A stretch of DNA of 64,000 nt from Escherichia coli (lineage in GTDB: Bacteria > Pseudomonadota > Gammaproteobacteria > Enterobacterales > Enterobacteriaceae), in the NCBI RefSeq assembly GCF_002854065.1, contig NZ_CP024147.1. One strand, given 5' to 3'. Positions within the stretch are counted from its first letter, which is position 1. The number at the start of each line of letters is the position of its first letter. The notes beneath the pieces were generated by a model. It was not told the DNA's origin and did not search any database. It saw nothing but the letters and a program-made list of their open reading frames with translations. A program made the position numbers and the translations under genes. This document shows positions 22,867-37,334 of this stretch, one piece after another.

Positions 22867-24228
22867 ATGTTTAAACCGGAACTCCTTTCCCCGGCGGGAA
22901 CGCTGAAAAATATGCGTTACGCTTTCGCTTATGGCGCAGATGCTGTTTATGCGGGCCAGCCGCGTTATTCCCTGCGTGTGCGCAACAACGAATTCAACCA
23001 CGAAAATCTTCAGCTCGGCATCAATGAAGCCCACGCGCTGGGGAAAAAGTTTTATGTCGTGGTCAACATTGCACCGCACAACGCCAAGCTGAAAACCTTT
23101 ATCCGTGACCTGAAACCGGTGGTGGAAATGGGGCCGGATGCGCTGATTATGTCCGATCCAGGGCTGATTATGCTGGTGCGTGAGCACTTCCCTGAAATGC
23201 CGATCCACCTCTCGGTGCAGGCTAACGCCGTAAACTGGGCGACGGTGAAATTCTGGCAGCAAATGGGCCTGACCCGCGTGATCCTCTCTCGCGAGCTGTC
23301 GCTGGAAGAGATTGAAGAGATCCGCAATCAGGTGCCGGATATGGAGATCGAGATCTTCGTTCACGGCGCACTGTGCATGGCCTACTCCGGTCGCTGCCTG
23401 CTCTCTGGCTATATCAACAAGCGCGACCCGAACCAGGGTACCTGCACCAACGCCTGCCGCTGGGAGTACAACGTCCAGGAAGGGAAAGAAGATGACGTTG
23501 GCAACATCGTACACAAGTACGAGCCGATTCCGGTGCAAAATGTTGAGCCGACGCTGGGTATCGGCGCACCAACCGACAAAGTGTTTATGATCGAAGAAGC
23601 CCAGCGTCCGGGCGAGTATATGACCGCGTTTGAAGATGAGCACGGCACTTACATCATGAACTCGAAAGATCTGCGCGCCATCGCCCATGTTGAACGCCTG
23701 ACCAAAATGGGCGTGCATTCGCTGAAAATCGAAGGTCGTACCAAATCTTTCTACTATTGTGCACGCACCGCACAGGTTTACCGCAAAGCTATCGATGACG
23801 CCGCTGCGGGAAAACCGTTCGATACCAGCCTGCTGGAAACTCTGGAAGGTCTGGCGCATCGTGGCTATACCGAAGGTTTCCTGCGTCGTCATACTCACGA
23901 CGATTATCAGAACTACGAATACGGTTATTCAGTTTCTGACCGCCAGCAGTTTGTTGGTGAGTTTACCGGTGAGCGCAAGGGGGACCTCGCGGCGGTAGCG
24001 GTGAAAAATAAATTCTCCGTTGGCGACAGCCTTGAGCTGATGACGCCGCAAGGCAACATTAACTTTACCCTTGAGCACATGGAAAACGCCAAAGGTGAAG
24101 CGATGCCGGTCGCACCAGGCGATGGTTATACTGTGTGGCTCCCGGTCCCGCAGGATCTTGAGCTAAATTACGCTCTCCTGATGCGTAATTTCTCTGGGGA
24201 AACCACGCGTAACCCACACGGTAAGTGA
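22867..24228 (+). CDS. yegQ: U32-family peptidase-like protein YegQ (RlhA; rRNA hydroxylation factor)
   Basis: 453-aa ORF with U32 peptidase family sequence features. Confidence 0.85.
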   Translation: MFKPELLSPAGTLKNMRYAFAYGADAVYAGQPRYSLRVRNNEFNHENLQLGINEAHALGKKFYVVVNIAPHNAKLKTFIRDLKPVVEMGPDALIMSDPGLIMLVREHFPEMPIHLSVQANAVNWATVKFWQQMGLTRVILSRELSLEEIEEIRNQVPDMEIEIFVHGALCMAYSGRCLLSGYINKRDPNQGTCTNACRWEYNVQEGKEDDVGNIVHKYEPIPVQNVEPTLGIGAPTDKVFMIEEAQRPGEYMTAFEDEHGTYIMNSKDLRAIAHVERLTKMGVHSLKIEGRTKSFYYCARTAQVYRKAIDDAAAGKPFDTSLLETLEGLAHRGYTEGFLRRHTHDDYQNYEYGYSVSDRQQFVGEFTGERKGDLAAVAVKNKFSVGDSLELMTPQGNINFTLEHMENAKGEAMPVAPGDGYTVWLPVPQDLELNYALLMRNFSGETTRNPHGK

Positions 24229-24312
24229 TTAATATCGATTATTTTTCCCGGATGGAAAATTCTTAGAAACCGATCACATACAGCTGCATTTATTAAGGTT
24301 ATCATCCGTTTC

Positions 24313-24399
24313 GCTGAAAAACATAACCCATAAAATGCTAGCTGTACCAGGAACCACCTCCTTAGCCTGTGTAATCTCCCTTACACGGGCTTATTTTTT
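24313..24399 (+). ncRNA. cyaR: CyaR (RyeE) Hfq-dependent sRNA
   Basis: 87-nt sequence gctgaaaaacataacccataaaatgctagctgtaccaggaaccacctccttagcctgtgtaatctcccttacacgggcttatttttt matches CyaR as I recall it, including the terminator hairpin and T-run. Confidence 0.85.
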
Positions 24400-24557
24400 A
24401 TGCATAAGCCCTATCCCTGGTCACCGTCTTCCATTGACCACATCGATAGAATCTCCCTTCATAGCACGATGCCTTTCACGTAACGGCATCGTGCTCGCAC
24501 AGGTTCCGGCTAAGCACAACCAGAACGCGCATGTTTGATGCTTACCAAAAAATATTC

Positions 24558-24875
24558 TCACTCTCCACATTTGAATGTCAGACGAGCGACGCCATGTAAT
24601 CCTGCACCTTCTGTCTTCAGGTCAACTATCTGCATTTTTTTGCCCTGAGTAACACAGAAATGGGCTGCATCATTTTTTACTATATTTTCTGCACCAGATA
24701 TTCTGCCCCTGGCTAAAGAAGCTTCGGCTTCGGTGTAGTATTGGTTATCGAGTTTACGCTGAATATTACTTTTATATGCAAGACCAAATTTACCGATACT
24801 TGTTTCATCATTATGCACAGCACAACCAGATATAAGAAAAATACTAATTAATGATATAGCAGCTATCTTTTTCAT
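24558..24875 (-). CDS. yegR: Small lipoprotein (YegR-like)
   Basis: ORF 24558..24935; start at the internal Met (MKKIAAISLISIFLISGC, lipobox) gives ~105 aa. Confidence 0.7.
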   Translation of the reverse strand: MKKIAAISLISIFLISGCAVHNDETSIGKFGLAYKSNIQRKLDNQYYTEAEASLARGRISGAENIVKNDAAHFCVTQGKKMQIVDLKTEGAGLHGVARLTFKCGE

Positions 24876-25280
24876 CTCACCTTCCCCCATTAAATACCAA
24901 CGACACTCTCTAGTGTTTAAATATAATAATGGCATGATTATTATAATTGAATAGGATTATAATAAATGTTCTGTACAACATTTCCTACATAAGTAGGAAT
25001 TACGGACATTGAGGCCCTTCAGGGTAACTCCATGGGGGCTTTAATATATTATATTGAAGATGCCACTGTTTAGTTGAATATTAGGTATATGCTCTTTTTT
25101 GAAATTTATCGGTGGCAGCCGTTAGTATTCGCTGTCCCCATTGCAAGCTCCTGGTGGTAACCACTGAATCTTCCATACTTGAACTGACTTTTTATCCTCC
25201 GACTTTCATCCTGTTCTGACTCCACCTTTTGTTTTCTGCTCTACACTATCTACAGACCAATCATAAAGGCACATACGATC

Positions 25281-26180
25281 ATGGCAGAATTTCCCGCCAG
25301 CTTACTGATTCTTAATGGCAAAAGTACTGACAATCTACCCTTGCGCGAAGCAATTATGCTGTTGCGTGAGGAAGGAATGACGATCCATGTGCGGGTCACC
25401 TGGGAGAAAGGCGATGCCGCACGATATGTAGAGGAGGCCCGGAAGTTGGGTGTCGCAACGGTGATTGCCGGTGGTGGCGATGGCACCATTAATGAAGTTT
25501 CTACGGCGTTGATTCAGTGTGAGGGGGATGGCATACCCGCGCTGGGAATTTTGCCATTAGGAACCGCCAATGATTTTGCCACCAGTGTAGGGATTCCTGA
25601 GGCACTGGATAAGGCGCTGAAACTGGCAATTGCCGGTAACGCCATTGCGATAGATATGGCGCAGGTCAACAAACAAACCTGTTTTATTAATATGGCGACA
25701 GGCGGATTTGGGACGCGTATTACCACAGAAACGCCGGAAAAATTAAAAGCCGCGCTGGGTGGCGTCTCTTACATCATTCATGGCTTAATGCGCATGGATA
25801 CTCTGCAACCGGACCGTTGTGAAATCCGCGGTGAAAACTTTCACTGGCAAGGTGACGCCCTGGTCATTGGTATTGGTAACGGGCGTCAGGCCGGTGGCGG
25901 TCAGCAATTGTGTCCGAACGCATTAATTAACGATGGCTTGCTGCAACTGCGCATTTTTACCGGCGATGAAATTCTTCCGGCTCTCGTATCAACCTTAAAA
26001 TCTGACGAAGATAACCCGAATATTATCGAAGGCGCTTCGTCGTGGTTTGATATACAAGCCCCACACGAAATCACTTTTAATCTTGATGGCGAACCGTTGA
26101 GCGGACAAAACTTTCATATTGAAATACTTCCGGCGGCGTTGCGTTGTCGATTACCACCAGATTGTCCATTATTGCGTTAA
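25281..26180 (+). CDS. yegS: Lipid kinase YegS (DAGK_cat family)
   Basis: 299-aa ORF with a diacylglycerol-kinase catalytic-domain GGDG motif ([13 protein letters not shown]). Confidence 0.85.
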   Translation: MAEFPASLLILNGKSTDNLPLREAIMLLREEGMTIHVRVTWEKGDAARYVEEARKLGVATVIAGGGDGTINEVSTALIQCEGDGIPALGILPLGTANDFATSVGIPEALDKALKLAIAGNAIAIDMAQVNKQTCFINMATGGFGTRITTETPEKLKAALGGVSYIIHGLMRMDTLQPDRCEIRGENFHWQGDALVIGIGNGRQAGGGQQLCPNALINDGLLQLRIFTGDEILPALVSTLKSDEDNPNIIEGASSWFDIQAPHEITFNLDGEPLSGQNFHIEILPAALRCRLPPDCPLLR

Positions 26181-26218
26181 TCAAACTATTCTCTCTTGAA
26201 CCAGGGAGAATCCGAAAT

Positions 26219-26252
26219 GCCGGATGCGGTGTAAATACCTTATCCGGCATAC
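26219..26252. repeat. REP (repetitive extragenic palindromic) element
   Basis: gccggatgcggtgtaaataccttatccggcatac, canonical enterobacterial REP-type sequence between yegS and gatR. Confidence 0.5.
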
Positions 26253-26261
26253 AGAACAATA

Positions 26262-27041
26262 CTACACCGTAATTAATTTTACCCGTGTCTTCTGCAATGC
26301 CAGTTTATCCACCTCTGATACAGCATCATCGGTAATAATAATGTCAATTTTTTCGATTGGCAGTACCTGATTAAAACCGCGACGGTTAAATTTCGATGAA
26401 TCGAGAACGGCAATCACTTTATTAGCGGCGGTGACCATCGCACCGCTAATCGAATAACCTTCATTAAAGGTCGTAATACCATTAACCGCATCAATACCAT
26501 CAGCACCGACAAACATTAAATCGGCATTAATATCCTGCAATGAACGCTCGGCAATGGAACCATGCATCGAGCGCGTTTTATGGCGGACCGTGCCACCACA
26601 GACGACCAGAGTAATGTCTTTATTTTCGGAAAGGGCAAACGCTGCCGGGAGACTGTTGGTAATCACCGTGATATTTTTAGCGGTCATTAATCCTTCGGCG
26701 ATAAGCATTGTGGTACTTCCGCTGTCGAGAATAACGGTCATCCCTTCATGGATCATTTTGACTGCCGCCTGCGCTATTCTGTTTTTTGGCGCGCTGGCGA
26801 GCTGAAATCGCTCTTTAAACCCGACTTCCTGGGTCTCGGTTTCACTATTACCGGACATTATTTTCGCCGCACCGCCATGAAAGCGCGTAACCACGCCTTT
26901 TTGTTCGAGAAAGCGCAAATCGGCACGGATTGTCGCTTCCGAGGCAGCAAATACTCCCGCCAGATCCTGAACAAGCACGGTTCCCTGTTCATTCACTAAT
27001 TGGATGATCTTATTCCTTCGCTCGAATGAATTCATCGTCAT
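26262..27041 (-). CDS. gatR: DeoR-family galactitol operon repressor GatR (apparently intact)
   Basis: 259-aa ORF with N-terminal HTH and C-terminal DeoR sugar-binding domain; uninterrupted here. Confidence 0.8.
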   Translation of the reverse strand: MTMNSFERRNKIIQLVNEQGTVLVQDLAGVFAASEATIRADLRFLEQKGVVTRFHGGAAKIMSGNSETETQEVGFKERFQLASAPKNRIAQAAVKMIHEGMTVILDSGSTTMLIAEGLMTAKNITVITNSLPAAFALSENKDITLVVCGGTVRHKTRSMHGSIAERSLQDINADLMFVGADGIDAVNGITTFNEGYSISGAMVTAANKVIAVLDSSKFNRRGFNQVLPIEKIDIIITDDAVSEVDKLALQKTRVKLITV

Positions 27042-27140
27042 TTACCCATATTCAATTGTGGCTAGTGTAAACGAAGGGGGACCATTGGTGAATGATCTGT
27101 TTTGCACAATACCGGGCCAGCATCACGCTGGCCCGCGGTT

Positions 27141-28181
27141 TCATGGAATGAGCAACACTTTGCCCGGCATGGCATTACGAGCGATGTCACGCACCGCCTG
27201 GGTGAAGCTTTCAAAGCTTCCACGGTGAGCGATTAATGGCTCCAGGCTTAACTTACGTTCTGTCAGCAACCGGCTCGCCGTTTCCCACTCCTGCCCCGGC
27301 CAAGGGCTGGAATAGTTCATCCAACTGCCGAGAACCGTCAGCTCTTTACGCAATATTTTGCCAAACGTTGCCGATGTTAAATGCAGATCCTGATGCAACG
27401 TGCCCACCAGCGCCAGTTGGGCATGAGGACCGGCAATCTCTACCGCCAGTTCGACAGTTTGCGGTACGCCAGCCGTCTCGAGGATAAGCTGATTAAAGCG
27501 CAGTTCGCGTAAAACGCTCTGCATTTGCGGCGCGCTCATTTCGCTACTGTTAAATGTTTGCATCGCACCGAAAGATTTTGCCAGTGCCAGTTTTTCTGAG
27601 CTAATGTCGATCGCCGTCACACTCTTTGCTCCCAGCGCGACAGCGCACTGAATAGCCAGCAGGCCAATGGTTCCGGCACCAATAATAATAACGTTTTTAT
27701 TCTCACAACCTTGCGCTAAATGAAAAGCATGCAGGCCAACGGTAATCGGCTCAATAAAAGCCCCATCCTCAATAGGCATATCCGTGGGTAGAGCAAAGAC
27801 ATTTTTTCGCTTAACGACAATATATTCAGCAAATCCACCATCACGCCGCGAGCCAATAAAATCATATTTTGCGCACTGGGAATAAAACCCTTTCAAACAC
27901 TCTGGACAAGTAAAACAGGGTAATAACGGCACACAGGCAACCGCATCGCCAGGGTGTAAATCATCAACACCGGATCCCACCGCATCAATATAGCCGCTAA
28001 ATTCATGGCCTAACGTTATTGGATAATAATGTGCACCATTTTTAAATATCCTGGGTAAATCGGAACCACATAAGCCCGAGCTGGCAATTTTTACCCGCAC
28101 CTCATCCTGATGTTTAATTTCAGGAATGACGCTTTCTGCAACGCGCACGATACCATCAGTATCATTCACCATTGATTTCAT
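27141..28181 (-). CDS. gatD: Galactitol-1-phosphate 5-dehydrogenase
   Basis: 346-aa zinc-dependent MDR dehydrogenase; position in gat operon. Confidence 0.9.
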   Translation of the reverse strand: MKSMVNDTDGIVRVAESVIPEIKHQDEVRVKIASSGLCGSDLPRIFKNGAHYYPITLGHEFSGYIDAVGSGVDDLHPGDAVACVPLLPCFTCPECLKGFYSQCAKYDFIGSRRDGGFAEYIVVKRKNVFALPTDMPIEDGAFIEPITVGLHAFHLAQGCENKNVIIIGAGTIGLLAIQCAVALGAKSVTAIDISSEKLALAKSFGAMQTFNSSEMSAPQMQSVLRELRFNQLILETAGVPQTVELAVEIAGPHAQLALVGTLHQDLHLTSATFGKILRKELTVLGSWMNYSSPWPGQEWETASRLLTERKLSLEPLIAHRGSFESFTQAVRDIARNAMPGKVLLIP

Positions 28182-28228
28182 AAAAACTCCTGATTGTTAA
28201 GGGGGATAACCTCCCCCTCAGGTAAAAA

Positions 28229-29584
28229 TTATTCTGCGAGAACGGTTTTCTCTTGTTTAATAAAACCACGCGCTCTACGCCAGGTCATGAAAATACCGGT
28301 AAGATAAATTGCGCCGATAATAATGAAACCGGGAATATTTTGCGGGGAGAAAACCTGAATCAGTAACCAGGTAATGGGAGAACCGCCCTGATCCATTGAA
28401 GCCACCATACCCCCGGCTTTTAACGCCCCAGCATTAGCCGCCAGTTGGGTGTGCAAACCAATAGTTTGTGTCGCGATCCACAGGGTGATGCTCATAATGA
28501 TGACACCCGAGATTAAGGTGCGGAACAGATTTCCACGATGCACCGCGACCGCCATCGCCACGAAGAAGCCGATGGTGGCAAGATCGCCAAACGGCAGTAC
28601 CTGATTACCCGGAACACAAACAGCAATTAAAATGGTGAGCGGGATAAAAATCAGGCTTGCCGATACCACCGCCGTATGCCCCAGCAGTAATGCGGGATCC
28701 AGGCCAATCAGGAACTCCTGACCGCCGAACTTCGCCTGTAAACGACTACGGGCCTGCTTAGCGATGGGCGTTAAACCATCCATGATGGGTTTAATCACCC
28801 GTGGCATCAGCAGCATAACTGCCGCCGTTTTTACCGCCAGCTGCAATACACCTTTGACATCGTAACCCGCGAGGATGCCGATAATCAGCCCCATCACAAA
28901 ACCCACGGTGACAGGCTCGCCAAATGGACCAAATTTGCGCTGAATATCGTCGGCGCTAAATTTAATTCGGTTAACGCCTGGGATTTTCTCGATGATAGCA
29001 TCGACCAGCACCGCAATCGGCCCCATATACGCCGACGTACCGTGCGGAATAGCAATACCTTCCAGCTCAAAGAAATTTCGGGTATCGCGGGCAAACCAGT
29101 CGCCGAGCTTATAAACAAACGCCGCGTGAATTACCACACCTGCCATCCCTATCATCCATGAACCGGTTGCCAGATGCAGCAACGCGCCGGTGAAGGTCAT
29201 ATGCCAGATATTCCAGATATCAACATTTACCACCCGCGTCATACGGGTCAGTAACATCGCCACGTTAACCAGAATCGCAATCGGAATCGCCACCAGCGCA
29301 ATTTGCGACGCCCAGGTCATTGGTGAAGAGCCCGGCCAGCCGACATCGACCACATGCAGATTCAGGTCGAAATTTTCCGCCATCGCTTTCGCCGCCGGAC
29401 CAATGGAATCCAGCATTAAGCCAATCACAAGGCCAATGCCAACAAAGCCAATCCCGATATGCAGACCCGCTTTAAAGCAATCGCCTGCCTTCATGCCTAA
29501 TATTTTAGAAAAAATAATGATGACAATCGGAAGCATCACCGTAGGGCCGAGGTCGAGAATATAACGCATGACTTCTGAAAACAT
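28229..29584 (-). CDS. gatC: PTS galactitol-specific EIIC
   Basis: 451-aa polytopic membrane ORF between gatD and gatB. Confidence 0.9.
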   Translation of the reverse strand: MFSEVMRYILDLGPTVMLPIVIIIFSKILGMKAGDCFKAGLHIGIGFVGIGLVIGLMLDSIGPAAKAMAENFDLNLHVVDVGWPGSSPMTWASQIALVAIPIAILVNVAMLLTRMTRVVNVDIWNIWHMTFTGALLHLATGSWMIGMAGVVIHAAFVYKLGDWFARDTRNFFELEGIAIPHGTSAYMGPIAVLVDAIIEKIPGVNRIKFSADDIQRKFGPFGEPVTVGFVMGLIIGILAGYDVKGVLQLAVKTAAVMLLMPRVIKPIMDGLTPIAKQARSRLQAKFGGQEFLIGLDPALLLGHTAVVSASLIFIPLTILIAVCVPGNQVLPFGDLATIGFFVAMAVAVHRGNLFRTLISGVIIMSITLWIATQTIGLHTQLAANAGALKAGGMVASMDQGGSPITWLLIQVFSPQNIPGFIIIGAIYLTGIFMTWRRARGFIKQEKTVLAE

Positions 29585-29587
29585 AGG

Positions 29588-29872
29588 TCACCCCTGTAAG
29601 ATAGTCAGAATTTTATTTTGTAATGCTTCGATACCGACACCAGAAATAAAAGGCATGCCGTGAACTAACGGAATATCGCCAAAACTACGATCCACTTTGG
29701 CAGTGGTGCATATCAAATGTACACCATCCATATAGGTTTCTATTTCATTAACCCGACACTGGATTAATTCAACAGGAATATTATGATTCTGACACAACTC
29801 TTTAATTTCTTCCGCCGCCATCGTAGAGGTCGCAACCGCGCCTCCGCAAGCGACAATAATCTTGCGTTTCAT
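29588..29872 (-). CDS. gatB: PTS galactitol-specific EIIB
   Basis: 94-aa ORF ([16 protein letters not shown]...), EIIB with the active-site Cys. Confidence 0.9.
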   Translation of the reverse strand: MKRKIIVACGGAVATSTMAAEEIKELCQNHNIPVELIQCRVNEIETYMDGVHLICTTAKVDRSFGDIPLVHGMPFISGVGIEALQNKILTILQG

Positions 29873-29902
29873 AAATAGTCCTTTTTATTGTTACAGAGGG
29901 AT

Positions 29903-30301
29903 TTATTCGTCTGAATCTAAAACATACTTTGTGAAGTATTCCTTTAACTGGGTTTCAGGAAGAGTGATTAGTGTCTCGACGATATCGGGCTGTTGTAACT
30001 TGCCAAATAAACAGCGTAAAAGTTTCAATTGCTGCTGCGGATTTTCCACAATCAACGCAATAACCAACGATACCTCCACGTCGTTATCATCATCCGCTTG
30101 CTGAAAATGAACTTTATTTGTTGGCCTTAACAGATAAATGGCTGACGACTTAGCATGAATCGCCTCACAATGCGGTATTGCAATGGCGTGCTGCTCAAGC
30201 ATTATCCCGGTAGGGAATTCTGCTTCTCTGGCAATTAATGCCTGTGGCCAGGTATCATGAACCACACCTTTGGCGAGCATCTCATTACCGATATGGGTTA
30301 A
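29903..30301 (-). pseudogene. gatA: PTS galactitol EIIA gatA, 5'-truncated at the IS5 junction
   Basis: The gatA reading frame continues upstream of the internal Met at 30280 to position 30301 (…LTHIGNEMLAKGVVHD…), where the IS5 terminal repeat begins; about the first 18 codons plus promoter/RBS are missing. Confidence 0.8.
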
Positions 30302-32659
<2,358 letters not shown>

Positions 32660-32660
32660 G

Positions 32661-33572
<912 letters not shown>

Positions 33573-33683
33573 TTAAATGTCGAGATAACGATCACAAAAC
33601 GACAATATGAAAATTGTTCGAGGAGTGAAAGGCAAAAAAACGGCCTCCCGATAGGGAAGCCGTAGCAAAGTGCGCGTGTTTTT

Positions 33684-33719
33684 ATGCCGGATGCAGCGTA
33701 AACGCCTTATCCGTCCTAC
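33684..33719. repeat. REP element
   Basis: atgccggatgcagcgtaaacgccttatccgtcctac between gatY and fbaB. Confidence 0.5.
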
Positions 33720-33746
33720 GGGGTGGTGTTGTTCGTATAAGGCGTA

Positions 33747-34799
33747 TCAGGCGATAGTAATTTTGCTATCGAGATAAACGTCCTGCACGGCGTTAATCAG
33801 TTTCACGCCGTCAGCCATCGATTTCTTGAACGCCTTACGTCCAAGAATCAGCCCCATTCCGCCAGCGCGTTTGTTGATAACCGCAGTACGCACTGCATCG
33901 CTGAGGTCAGTTTCACCGCCCGCAGCACCGCCGGAGTTTATCAACCCAGCCCGGCCCATATAGCAGTTAGCTAACTGATAACGCACCAGATCAATCGGGT
34001 TTTCGCTGGTCAATTTGCTGTAAACACGATCGTCGGTGTAACCGTAATTAATCGCTTTATAGCCGCCGTTATTTTCCGCCATTTTTTGTTTGACGATATC
34101 TGCACCTATGGTTGCCGCCAGATGGTTTGCCTGACCGGTCAGGTCGGCGGAAACATGGTAATCAACGCCATCTTTCTTAAAGGCGGAGTTACGCAAATAG
34201 GCCCACAGCACGGTCACCATGCCCAGCTCGTGCGCACGTTCAAAAGCCGCAGAAATTTCTTCAATCTGGCGACGTGACTCTTCCGAGCCAAAATAGATAG
34301 TCGCACCAACCGCCACCGCGCCCATGTTGAAAGCCTGCTCCACGCTGGCATACAGCGTTTGATCGTAGGTATTCGGGTAACTTAGCGTCTCGTTGTGATT
34401 AAGTTTGACGAGAAATGGAATGCGATGCGCATAGCGCCGCGATACCGACGCCAACACGCCGTAAGTTGATGCCACACAGTTACAGCCCGCTTCGATCGCC
34501 AGTTCAACAATGTTTTTCGGGTCAAAGTAGAGCGGGTTAGCAGCAAATGAAGCTCCGGCAGAGTGCTCAACGCCCTGGTCAACCGGCAGAATAGAAAGAT
34601 ATCCTGTGCCAGCCAGACGCCCGGTGTTGTACAACGTCTGCATATTACGTAACACCGCTGGCGGGCGATTATTGTCAATCATTACGCGGTCTACGTAGTC
34701 ATGTCCGGGGAGATAAAGCTGGTCAGAAGGAATTGTCATACAACGGTGCTGTAAAAGGTTGTCGGCGTCTTTGCCAAGCAACTGCGCAATATCTGTCAT
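33747..34799 (-). CDS. fbaB: Fructose-bisphosphate aldolase class I
   Basis: ORF 33747..34871; start at the Met at 34799 ([19 protein letters not shown]) gives 350 aa. Confidence 0.85.
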
Positions 34800-35055
34800 T
34801 ACTATGCTCCCGTAAATTCCGATTGGATATCGGCTATGGATTGTCCTGGCCCGCCTTTTGCGGGCAATCATAATCCTGGTCGTTACGGGCGAGTTTTTCC
34901 ATCTTTTGGATGTTTTTTCAGCGTTTTCTGTTGGCTCGATTCATCAGAAAAAATGTTAGCGCGGTCAAGTTTTCACCGTAAAGGTATTTAAAAGGTATTA
35001 TTAAGTAGTATTGTCATCGCGTACCTTACATTACCTGTCATGAAGGAATTAAAAG

Positions 35056-36333
35056 ATGAAAACAACAGCAAAGCTGTCGTTCATGATGTTTGTTGAATGG
35101 TTTATCTGGGGCGCGTGGTTTGTGCCATTGTGGTTGTGGTTAAGTAAAAGCGGTTTTAGTGCCGGAGAAATTGGCTGGTCGTATGCCTGTACCGCCATTG
35201 CGGCGATCCTGTCGCCAATTCTGGTTGGCTCCATCACTGACCGCTTTTTCTCGGCGCAAAAAGTGCTGGCGGTATTGATGTTCGCAGGCGCGCTGCTGAT
35301 GTATTTCGCTGCGCAACAGACCACTTTTGCCGGGTTCTTTCCGTTACTGCTGGCTTACTCTCTAACCTATATGCCGACCATTGCGCTGACTAACAGCATC
35401 GCTTTTGCCAACGTGCCGGATGTGGAGCGTGATTTCCCGCGCATTCGTGTGATGGGCACTATCGGCTGGATTGCCTCCGGTCTGGCATGTGGTTTCTTGC
35501 CGCAAATACTGGGGTATGCCGATATCTCACCGACTAACATCCCGCTGCTGATTACCGCCGGAAGTTCTGCTCTGCTCGGTGTGTTTGCGTTTTTCCTGCC
35601 CGACACGCCACCAAAAAGCACCGGCAAAATGGATATTAAAGTCATGCTCGGCCTGGATGCGCTGATCCTACTGCGCGATAAAAACTTCCTCGTCTTTTTC
35701 TTCTGTTCATTCCTGTTTGCGATGCCACTGGCGTTCTATTACATCTTTGCCAACGGTTATCTGACCGAAGTCGGCATGAAAAATGCCACCGGCTGGATGA
35801 CGCTCGGCCAGTTCTCTGAAATATTCTTTATGCTGGCATTACCGTTTTTCACTAAACGCTTTGGTATCAAAAAGGTATTATTGCTTGGTCTGGTCACCGC
35901 TGCGATCCGCTATGGCTTCTTTATTTACGGTAGTGCGGATGAATATTTCACCTACGCGTTACTGTTCCTCGGTATTTTGCTTCACGGCGTAAGTTACGAT
36001 TTTTACTACGTTACCGCTTACATCTATGTCGATAAAAAAGCCCCCGTGCATATGCGTACCGCCGCGCAGGGGCTGATCACGCTCTGCTGCCAGGGCTTCG
36101 GCAGTTTGCTCGGCTATCGTCTTGGCGGTGTGATGATGGAAAAGATGTTCGCTTATCAGGAACCGGTAAACGGACTGACTTTCAACTGGTCCGGGATGTG
36201 GACTTTTGGCGCGGTGATGATTGCCATTATCGCCGTGCTGTTCATGATTTTTTTCCGCGAATCCGACAACGAAATTACGGCTATCAAGGTCGATGATCGC
36301 GATATTGCGTTGACACAAGGGGAAGTTAAATGA
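35056..36333 (+). CDS. yegT: MFS nucleoside:H+ symporter-family transporter YegT
   Basis: 425-aa 12-TM ORF with NupG/XapB-like features. Confidence 0.85.
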   Translation: MKTTAKLSFMMFVEWFIWGAWFVPLWLWLSKSGFSAGEIGWSYACTAIAAILSPILVGSITDRFFSAQKVLAVLMFAGALLMYFAAQQTTFAGFFPLLLAYSLTYMPTIALTNSIAFANVPDVERDFPRIRVMGTIGWIASGLACGFLPQILGYADISPTNIPLLITAGSSALLGVFAFFLPDTPPKSTGKMDIKVMLGLDALILLRDKNFLVFFFCSFLFAMPLAFYYIFANGYLTEVGMKNATGWMTLGQFSEIFFMLALPFFTKRFGIKKVLLLGLVTAAIRYGFFIYGSADEYFTYALLFLGILLHGVSYDFYYVTAYIYVDKKAPVHMRTAAQGLITLCCQGFGSLLGYRLGGVMMEKMFAYQEPVNGLTFNWSGMWTFGAVMIAIIAVLFMIFFRESDNEITAIKVDDRDIALTQGEVK

Positions 36334-37334
36334 AAACAGAACGTATTCTCGGTGCTCTTTATGGGCAGGCGTTAGGGGATGCGATGGGGATGCCCTCCGA
36401 GCTTTGGCCACGCAGCCGCGTTAAAGCACACTTTGGCTGGATTGACCGTTTTCTGCCTGGACCAAAGGAGAATAACGCGGCCTGTTATTTTAACCGCGCC
36501 GAATTCACCGACGATACCTCGATGGCGCTGTGTCTGGCGGATGCGTTGCTGGAACGTAAAGGCAAGATCGATCCGGATCTGATTGGGCGTAATATCCTCG
36601 ACTGGGCGCTGCGTTTCGACGCCTTCAACAAAAACGTGCTAGGTCCGACCTCGAAGATTGCGCTTAACGCCATTCGCGACGGTAAACCCGTTGCTGAACT
36701 GGAAAACAACGGCGTAACCAACGGCGCAGCGATGCGCGTCTCGCCATTAGGTTGTTTGCTTCCGGCGCGCGATGTTGATTCTTTTATTGATGATGTGGCG
36801 CTGGCGTCGAGCCCGACCCATAAATCCGATCTGGCAGTTGCAGGTGCGGTAGTCATCGCATGGGCGATTTCTCGTGCTATTGACGGAGAAAGCTGGTCAG
36901 CGATTGTTGATTCACTGCCTTCAATTGCGCGACATGCCCAGCAAAAACGCACCACCACGTTCAGCGCCTCACTGGCGGCGCGGCTGGAGATTGCGCTGAA
37001 AATTGTGCGCAATGCCGACGGCACCGAATCCGCCAGCGAACAGCTTTACCAGGTCGTTGGCGCAGGTACCAGCACTATTGAGTCCGTTCCGTGCGCCATT
37101 GCGCTGGTTGAACTGGCACAAACCGACCCGAACCGTTGCGCCGTCCTCTGCGCTAACCTTGGCGGCGATACAGACACCATCGGTGCTATGGCGACGGCAA
37201 TCTGCGGCGCGTTGCATGGCATTAACGCTATCGATCCTGCGTTAAAGGCGGAGCTGGATGCGGTAAATCAGCTTGATTTCAACCGCTATGCCACAGCGCT
37301 GGCGAAATATCGTCAACAACGGGAGGCGGTATGA
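36330..37334 (+). CDS. yegU: ADP-ribosylglycohydrolase-family protein YegU
   Basis: 334-aa ORF; overlaps yegT stop and yegV start (operon). Confidence 0.8.
   Translation: MKTERILGALYGQALGDAMGMPSELWPRSRVKAHFGWIDRFLPGPKENNAACYFNRAEFTDDTSMALCLADALLERKGKIDPDLIGRNILDWALRFDAFNKNVLGPTSKIALNAIRDGKPVAELENNGVTNGAAMRVSPLGCLLPARDVDSFIDDVALASSPTHKSDLAVAGAVVIAWAISRAIDGESWSAIVDSLPSIARHAQQKRTTTFSASLAARLEIALKIVRNADGTESASEQLYQVVGAGTSTIESVPCAIALVELAQTDPNRCAVLCANLGGDTDTIGAMATAICGALHGINAIDPALKAELDAVNQLDFNRYATALAKYRQQREAV

Noticed and set aside
22825-23898. 357-aa ORF on the minus strand
   Set aside because: Lies entirely antisense within yegQ, which has a clear U32-family protein match on the plus strand; no independent start context. 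Treated as a shadow ORF.
24335-24538. 67-aa plus-strand ORF downstream of yegQ
   Set aside because: Overlaps the CyaR sRNA sequence and its terminator; no RBS; the region is better explained as non-coding RNA.
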